Source: Candidatus Omnitrophota bacterium (lineage in GTDB: Bacteria; Omnitrophota; Gorgyraeia; Duberdicusellales; 4484-171). From it: 64,000 nucleotides of DNA. The stretch lies in NCBI GenBank assembly GCA_041652815.1, contig JBAZGN010000002.1:366261-430260 (forward strand), read 5' to 3'. The notes under the pieces were generated by a model, which searched no databases, was not told where the DNA came from, and saw nothing but the letters and a program-made list of their open reading frames with translations. The position numbers were made by a program, and so were the translations under genes. How positions within the stretch are numbered: position 1 is the first letter of the stretch; the number at the start of each line of letters is the position of its first letter. Shown piece by piece: positions 58,230-64,000 of the stretch.

Positions 58230-59042
58230 ATGAAAAAATTGGTGAAGATACTTATAATTGCAGTAGTTATAATTTTTGTACTCTCGCTGGCTAAAGACAT
58301 AATTATTAAAATCTCAGTTGAAAAAGGAGTTGAATTTGTCACAGGCCTTAAACTAAATATAGGAAGCTTTAATGTCGGCATACTTAGGCCGATAACCGCT
58401 ATAAAAAATCTGAGATTATTTAATCCTGCTGGTTTTCCAGACAAAACTATGATTGATATGCCTGAAATTTACGTGCGCTACGACCTTCCGGCTATAATCG
58501 GCGGAAAAATTCATCTTCCAGAGGTTCGTCTTGTGCTTCGTGAATTTGTTGTCGTAAAGAATTCCAAGGGAGAACTGAATCTGAATGCTTTAAAGAGCGC
58601 GCAGGCGCAGAAAAAAGGTAAAACTCCAGAACAGAAAACAACCGGCAAAGCCCCTAAGATAAAGATAGATAAACTTGCGCTTAGCATAGGTAAAGTTATT
58701 TACAAGGATTATTCCAAAGGTGGTACTCCGGATGTGAAAGAATTCAATATCAACCTTAATGAAGTTTATACTAATGTGGACAATCCGTATACGCTGGCAA
58801 ACCTGATTGTAGTAAAAGCGCTTATAGGTACGCCTATAGCCGCCCTTGCCAATTTTGACCTTAAAGGTTTACAGGGGTCAGTCGGTGATGCTATGGCAGG
58901 CGCGCAAAAGACAGCCTCTACGGCAGCGGATAAGGCAGGCAAAACTGCAACGCAGGCAGCGGATAAGGCAGGCAAAACTGCAACGCAGGCAACGGACAAG
59001 GTGAAAGGCTTGCTTAAAAATCTTTTTGGCTCTGGTAAATAA
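58230..59042 (+). CDS. AsmA-like/DUF748-like membrane-anchored protein with C-terminal ADKAGKTATQA tandem repeat
   Basis: N-terminal TM. Resembles the partial ORF at 63067. 33-nt tandem repeat at 58926-59000. Confidence 0.45.
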   Translation: MKKLVKILIIAVVIIFVLSLAKDIIIKISVEKGVEFVTGLKLNIGSFNVGILRPITAIKNLRLFNPAGFPDKTMIDMPEIYVRYDLPAIIGGKIHLPEVRLVLREFVVVKNSKGELNLNALKSAQAQKKGKTPEQKTTGKAPKIKIDKLALSIGKVIYKDYSKGGTPDVKEFNINLNEVYTNVDNPYTLANLIVVKALIGTPIAALANFDLKGLQGSVGDAMAGAQKTASTAADKAGKTATQAADKAGKTATQATDKVKGLLKNLFGSGK

Positions 59043-59081
59043 AAATCGCAATTCGAAGCAAATCGGCCACGAAGCTTTTCG

Positions 59082-59513
59082 ATGACTACCCGCCTATCGG
59101 CGGTTAAAGCCCAAAAATTTCTGTTTTATTGTCCGGACAGCGCAAATATCATGATTGTAAAGCGGCTTAAGAAATGCAAAAAGTTTATTTCCGGAGATAA
59201 CGCGGTTTTGCGTGAGCTCCTGCATTCTGCTAAGGGTAATTTTAAATTCCGTTATAGCCTGGCGCATGCAATAATTAAACCGGCAAAAGCCACAAAGCCT
59301 CACAGGCTTAGAACTTGCGAGGTGTATTATATCTTAGAGGGTTTTGGCCTGATGCATGTTGATGGTGAGACTGCAAAAGTAAACAGCGGCTGTGCTATCT
59401 ATGTTCCGCCGCGCGCAGTGCAATATTTAAAAAATACCGGCAATTCTGATTTGGCGTTTTTGTGCATTGTTGACCCTGCCTGGCGCAAAGAAGATGAAGA
59501 AATCCGTGGTTAG
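59082..59513 (+). CDS. Cupin-domain protein
   Basis: YYILEG.G...VDGE...V..G.AIYVPP motif. True start may be the internal Met. Confidence 0.6.
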   Translation: MTTRLSAVKAQKFLFYCPDSANIMIVKRLKKCKKFISGDNAVLRELLHSAKGNFKFRYSLAHAIIKPAKATKPHRLRTCEVYYILEGFGLMHVDGETAKVNSGCAIYVPPRAVQYLKNTGNSDLAFLCIVDPAWRKEDEEIRG

Positions 59514-59549
59514 GACAGCGAAGTTAAATTTTTTCGATAGCTTATTCTA

Positions 59550-60128
59550 ATGATGCAAATAGAATCTTTCTTCCCATTTATTGTATTTTTGGCTTTCTTT
59601 GTTATTATTTATATTAGCAGTAGAAAGGGAAATGAAACCCTGAAAAAACTTTCCACTCATTTTAATGGCTCTGTTGTTAAGTTTGCTTTTTACCCCACAT
59701 TTTACGGCGAGCATCATGGTTTAAAATTTTCCATTAAGCTTATTCCAGCCAGCAAATCAACGCCGCCGCGCCTAAAGATTTCTTTAATTAAAAGTTCTTT
59801 TTTAAAATTAAGCATATATCGGGAAGGTTTTTTAAGTAATGTAGGGAAAAGATTACGTATAATCCGTGAAGTGAAAATTAATGATGAGTTGTTTAATAAA
59901 GAGTTTTTAATTTTTTCCAATAATTCTAAACAGGCAATAAGCCATCTTAGCGATGAGGCTGTAAAAACTGCGGCCAGAGAGTTATTCAACGAAGGATTTG
60001 AATATATAATTGCAAATTGTAAAACATTTACGATTCAAAAACCAAATTATGTTTTAGAAAGAGACCTTGATGCTAAATATATAACAAGTATCTTGCAGAA
60101 ATTGATTTTGTTTTCAAAGGGTTTGTAA
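59550..60128 (+). CDS. Hypothetical protein with N-terminal TM
   Basis: ORF only. Confidence 0.4.
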   Translation: MMQIESFFPFIVFLAFFVIIYISSRKGNETLKKLSTHFNGSVVKFAFYPTFYGEHHGLKFSIKLIPASKSTPPRLKISLIKSSFLKLSIYREGFLSNVGKRLRIIREVKINDELFNKEFLIFSNNSKQAISHLSDEAVKTAARELFNEGFEYIIANCKTFTIQKPNYVLERDLDAKYITSILQKLILFSKGL

Positions 60129-60137
60129 GATAAAGCG

Positions 60138-61220
60138 ATGAGAATAGCAGAATCAATGGTGCGCACTATGCCAAAAGTTAAAAGAAACTATAAAGCTTTA
60201 GCCGTACTCTTGGCATTTCCTTTAATAATGGGGGTGAGTATGAAAGAACCTGCGAAAGGCACAAAAATAAAAATATTCAATTCTTCAATAGGTAAAGTTG
60301 AAGAAGTAGAAAAAATCTACAAAACTAATGACGAATGGAAAAAAATTCTTACTCCCGAACAATACCGCGTTACCCGGCTTAAGGAAACAGAGAGGCCTTT
60401 TTCAGGGCAGTGCCCGCTACCACCTAAAGGCGGAGCAGGAATTTATCAATGTGTTTGTTGCGGTACTGATTTGTTTCGTTATGAAAGTAAATTTGAATCA
60501 GGCACTGGCTGGCCTAGTTTCTTTGAGCCGGTATCAGAACTTAATATTAGGCTGGTTACGGATAAGAGTTTTGGTATGCAAAGGCTTGAAGTACTTTGTG
60601 CAAGATGTGACGCCCATTTAGGCCATATTTTTGATGATGGGCCGGCTCCAACAGGAAAACGCTATTGTATTAATACAATAGCGTTAAAGCTTGCGGCAGC
60701 TATGCCTAAAAATATTACCAAGCAGATTGATACAGCTACTTTTGGCGCAGGTTGTTTTTGGGGTGTAGAGGCAGTATTTCGTAAGTCTAAAGGTGTTTTA
60801 ACTACAACTGTAGGCTTTATGGGCGGCAATCTCAAAAACCCAAGCTATAAAGATGTTTGTACTGATAAAACCGGACATGCTGAGGTTGTGCAGATAGAAT
60901 ATGACCCAAAGGTTATTTCTTACGAAGAACTTTTAGGTATTTTTTGGGATATTCATGACCCAACCACAGTAAACAGGCAAGGCCCGGACATAGGCAGCCA
61001 ATACCGGTCAGTAATTTTTTATCATAATGCCGAGCAGGAAAAAATTGCCCGCGCCGCCAAGGAAAAGCTGGAAAAGTCCAGAAGGTTTAAGGGCTTGATA
61101 GCCACAGAGATTGTCCCCGCTAAAGAATTTTACAAAGCAGAAGAATATCACCAGCGTTATTACGAAAAACAAGGTATTGAGCCGGTATGCCATTTGCCGG
61201 GAAAGCTTAAAAAGAAATAA
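60138..61220 (+). CDS. Bifunctional peptide-methionine sulfoxide reductase MsrB-MsrA with N-terminal signal/TM
   Basis: MsrB CxxC...GWPSF...CARCDAHLGHIFDDGP followed by MsrA GAGCFWGVEAVF. Confidence 0.88.
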   Translation: MRIAESMVRTMPKVKRNYKALAVLLAFPLIMGVSMKEPAKGTKIKIFNSSIGKVEEVEKIYKTNDEWKKILTPEQYRVTRLKETERPFSGQCPLPPKGGAGIYQCVCCGTDLFRYESKFESGTGWPSFFEPVSELNIRLVTDKSFGMQRLEVLCARCDAHLGHIFDDGPAPTGKRYCINTIALKLAAAMPKNITKQIDTATFGAGCFWGVEAVFRKSKGVLTTTVGFMGGNLKNPSYKDVCTDKTGHAEVVQIEYDPKVISYEELLGIFWDIHDPTTVNRQGPDIGSQYRSVIFYHNAEQEKIARAAKEKLEKSRRFKGLIATEIVPAKEFYKAEEYHQRYYEKQGIEPVCHLPGKLKKK

Positions 61221-61244
61221 TAGATTAATTAATACGGAGGTTTT

Positions 61245-62483
61245 ATGGCGAAAAGGTTCTTTGTTAAGCAATTTACTGCAGGAAGTTGTTATTCCTATAT
61301 AATTTCTTCAATCGGCGAAGCGCTGGTTATTGATCCCCACATAAGTTTATTAAAAAATTACGAAAGTTATTTAGTTAAAAACAATTTGAAATTGAAAATT
61401 ATTGTGGATACGCATACTCACGCCGACCATTTTTCTTTGGCAGCGGTTTTAAAGAAAAAATATGGAGCTAAAGTTTTAATGGGAGAAAAAGCAATATCAA
61501 GCGTTCGAGATATAAGCCTTAAGAACAATGATGAAGCAAAAATCAGCGAGGTAAGTTTGCGTGTTTTATACACTCCGGGGCATACCGATGATGCGATAAG
61601 CCTTTTTGGAGAAAAAACTTTATTTACAGGTGATGTTCTTTTAATTGGAAGCGTTGGTAGGGCTGATTTTCAAAATGGTTCGCCTGAATCTATGTTTGAT
61701 ACTTTACAGAGATTAAAGGAACTGCCTGATGATACAGTTGTATTTCCCGGGCACGATTATCATGAAAAACTTTCCTCAACTATTTCCAGGGAAAAGAACA
61801 AAAACCCATATTTGCAGGAAGAAAACAAAGAGGCATTTGTCCGGAATATGCGCGCAAAACAAATCCCAAAGCCTTTTAACATTGATAATATTATTCGAGT
61901 AAACCGGAAAGGGGAAGCTGTTACTTTGGAAATGATTTCTCCCCGCGACGCGCAAAGTTTGGCGCAAAACGATTCTAACGCAAAGTTTCTCGATGTACGG
62001 AGTGCCTTTGAGTTTGTTCAAATGCATATTAAAGATTCGATTAACATTCCGATAGATATGCTTGGCGCAAAAATTGATGATTTAAGCAAGGCCGACAATA
62101 AGTATATTGTTTTTTGCCGTACCGGAAACCGTTCGCCCATGGCCGCGGATATGCTTATTCAGGCAGGTTTGCATAATGTTAAGGTTATGGATGGAGGAAT
62201 CACCAGCTGGCAGAAAGAAAGATTGCCGGTTATAAAAGGAGAAGGCGGAATATCGCTTGAGCGCCAGGTAAGGCTTCTCGCCGGCTCATTTGTTCTGGTG
62301 GGCCTACTTTTGTATTGGTTTCTACACCCTGCTTTTGTGATTATCCCTATTTTTGTTTCCTGCGGATTAATCTACTCGGGCTTAAGCGATAATTGTCTTA
62401 TGGGTATGCTGCTTATGAAGCTTCCTTATAATAAAAAGCTTTATAAAACCAAATTAGGCGGCGGTACTTGTTCTGTAAGCTAA
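61245..62483 (+). CDS. MBL-fold hydrolase-rhodanese fusion with C-terminal DUF2892-like TM domain (persulfide-dioxygenase-like)
   Basis: HTHADH metal motif, rhodanese CRTGNRS active-site loop, C-terminal hydrophobic domain. Confidence 0.75.
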   Translation: MAKRFFVKQFTAGSCYSYIISSIGEALVIDPHISLLKNYESYLVKNNLKLKIIVDTHTHADHFSLAAVLKKKYGAKVLMGEKAISSVRDISLKNNDEAKISEVSLRVLYTPGHTDDAISLFGEKTLFTGDVLLIGSVGRADFQNGSPESMFDTLQRLKELPDDTVVFPGHDYHEKLSSTISREKNKNPYLQEENKEAFVRNMRAKQIPKPFNIDNIIRVNRKGEAVTLEMISPRDAQSLAQNDSNAKFLDVRSAFEFVQMHIKDSINIPIDMLGAKIDDLSKADNKYIVFCRTGNRSPMAADMLIQAGLHNVKVMDGGITSWQKERLPVIKGEGGISLERQVRLLAGSFVLVGLLLYWFLHPAFVIIPIFVSCGLIYSGLSDNCLMGMLLMKLPYNKKLYKTKLGGGTCSVS

Positions 62484-62509
62484 TATGCCCTTCTATTTTT
62501 TTATTTTGA

Positions 62510-63070
62510 TTGTATAATAACGCTATGTTTTCCTTCATAAAAATTCCGGCAAGATTTTTGAGTTTTCTTCTGGGTTTACGCATTACCAGTGGAGATGTGG
62601 CGCTTGGCGTTTGCCTGGGAATGTTTCTGGGCTTTGTTCCTTTGAACAAGGCAATGGCGCTATTTTTACTTTTGCTTTTCATAATAATACGCTTAAACCG
62701 TTTGACCGCCTTGATTGTTCTTCCTTTTTTTAAATTACTTTATATTATCGGTATAAGTAATTTAACCGACAAAATAGGCGAATACTTACTGGTTGATGCC
62801 AAATATCTTACAAATTTCTGGAGCTGGTTTACGTCGCAACCGATAATTGCGCTGCTTGATTTTAATAACACGCTTGTTTGCGGAGGCATAGCGTTTTCGC
62901 TCATTTTGTCCCCGTTTGTTTACTTTATTTCAAGAACGCTATATACGATTTATGTTGAAAAATACGTAAGAAACTTTCGGCAATCGAAATTTATAAAAAC
63001 AATTACAAAGAATAATTTTATAAATAGGATAGTTCTGGCTATGGAAGGTATCAGGGATAAGGCTGAATGA
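62510..63070 (+). CDS. DUF2062-like membrane protein
   Basis: Hydrophobic; family assignment tentative. Confidence 0.4.
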   Translation: MYNNAMFSFIKIPARFLSFLLGLRITSGDVALGVCLGMFLGFVPLNKAMALFLLLLFIIIRLNRLTALIVLPFFKLLYIIGISNLTDKIGEYLLVDAKYLTNFWSWFTSQPIIALLDFNNTLVCGGIAFSLILSPFVYFISRTLYTIYVEKYVRNFRQSKFIKTITKNNFINRIVLAMEGIRDKAE

Positions 63071-64000
63071 TTAAATATTTAAACCTTATAAAAATTTCGA
63101 TAATTCTGGTTATGCTTGTTGTATTTAATTTTGCAATAGGCTTGTTCATCTCTCCCGCCGTAACGCAATTTATAATAGCCCAACTGAATAAGAATACTGC
63201 CGCAAAAATATCTATTGATAAGGCGCAAGTCTGGCCTTTAACGTTAAGCGTTAAGCTGATTAACCTTAAAATATTTGACACGGATGATGTTAAAAAACGT
63301 ATTCTTAGTGTACCTGAAGCTTCCTGCCGATTGAGCCTTTTAGGAATTCTTTCAAAGCGGGCAGTTATATCGCATGCTGTATTAAATGATGCGGAAATTT
63401 CTCTTGAGAGAAGAGAAGATGGGTCTTTTAATATCCAGAATATCATTAAGCACAAACTGCCGTCAAAGGCGACGGAAAAACCCGTAGATATGGAAACGCC
63501 CAAGAAAGAAAATACATTAAGCGGTGCGTATAATGTAATCAAGGATATTTTTTCCAAAAAACACGCAGAGGAAGCCGCGCAAAAAAGGAAAGAAGATAAA
63601 CGGGTAACTGAAACAATAGAAAACCTTCCTCAGGGAAAGCTCGTTCATTTTAAAACCGTAAAGTATCTTTTGGAAATAGTCGATTTGGATTTTAATAACG
63701 CGGCAGTTTCTTTCAAAACAGCCGAAGGTAATACCATAGAGATAACTAAAGCAAAAATACAGCTGCGAGATTTTGCCTTTGACCCGAAACTTGGGATGCA
63801 GCTTGGCGGTTTCATAATCAATGCAACGCTGTCAAAAGATAAAATAACTCTTGGCGGCATATCGGCCAAAGGAACAATCCGCTATGTTCATGATGAGCCT
63901 AATGTGAATTTAGATATACAGCTTACGGAAGTTAACCCAAAACCCTTAGAATTCATTTACCGGGATTCTTTGCCGGTTACAATTGAAAAAGGAAGAATTA
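63067..64000 (+). CDS. AsmA-like membrane-anchored protein, N-terminal part (runs off window)
   Basis: ATG at 63067 with an open frame to the window end. N-terminal TM. Resembles 58230-59042. Absent from the ORF track only because no stop lies in the window. Confidence 0.5.
   Translation, partial: MIKYLNLIKISIILVMLVVFNFAIGLFISPAVTQFIIAQLNKNTAAKISIDKAQVWPLTLSVKLINLKIFDTDDVKKRILSVPEASCRLSLLGILSKRAVISHAVLNDAEISLERREDGSFNIQNIIKHKLPSKATEKPVDMETPKKENTLSGAYNVIKDIFSKKHAEEAAQKRKEDKRVTETIENLPQGKLVHFKTVKYLLEIVDLDFNNAAVSFKTAEGNTIEITKAKIQLRDFAFDPKLGMQLGGFIINATLSKDKITLGGISAKGTIRYVHDEPNVNLDIQLTEVNPKPLEFIYRDSLPVTIEKGRI

Noticed and set aside
1-64000. tRNA, rRNA and CRISPR search
   Set aside because: No GTTCGAATC-type T-loop contexts with a cloverleaf, no rRNA-like conserved blocks, and no evenly spaced direct repeats with unique spacers were seen. 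The repeated elements present are inverted-repeat hairpins or recombined modules, not CRISPR arrays.

Overview
Low-GC, gene-dense bacterial chromosome segment, all on the + strand apart from one divergent gene. The gene content suggests an uncultivated anaerobe: group 4 [NiFe] hydrogenase, Nfn/SudAB-like pair, split Fe-S fumarase, desulforedoxin. From the left the window holds the C-terminal part of hrcA then grpE-dnaK-dnaJ; fmdB-DUF1015; accD; an ABC ATPase; two GGDEF cyclases; a PGI-like gene; an amidase; murI; queD/queC/queE; a fumarase alpha/beta pair split by efp; rph; the Nfn/SudAB-like pair; gdhA; and a divergent HTH-fused glnA (- strand). A GAF-ANTAR regulator sits upstream of a ~11-kb Hyf/Mbh-like group 4 energy-converting [NiFe] hydrogenase operon with three Mrp/NuoLMN-like antiporter subunits, MnhB/NuoK-like subunits, small and large catalytic subunits and HycI. 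An ExbB/ExbD pair and a PEBP gene follow. From ~41.8 kb a truncated gltD 3' fragment marks entry into an AT-rich accessory island. The island opens with a retron (promoter, a1/a2-flanked ncRNA, RT C-terminally fused to a TIR domain) translationally coupled to a SIR2-family protein and followed by a HEPN-motif protein; this looks like an undescribed retron-Thoeris-like defence combination. Downstream to ~57 kb lies a cassette-array-like mosaic of small ORFs of unknown function, among them a RelE/AbrB TA pair, two DUF3592 paralogs, desulforedoxin, a cold-shock protein and an EFR1 ferredoxin. Each ORF is separated by recombining, repeated junction modules. The window ends with msrBA, an MBL-rhodanese fusion, DUF2062 and AsmA-like genes. 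Three further features stand out. A family of intergenic long hairpins each built from a locus-specific 7-9-nt word, with arms reaching into CDS 3' ends. A 285-bp GIY-YIG mini-element with perfect 13-bp terminal inverted repeats inside the hydrogenase operon, plus a solo repeat-pair footprint between hrcA and grpE. And a 16-bp perfect inverted repeat bracketing the GAF-ANTAR gene. I saw no rRNA, tRNA or CRISPR.
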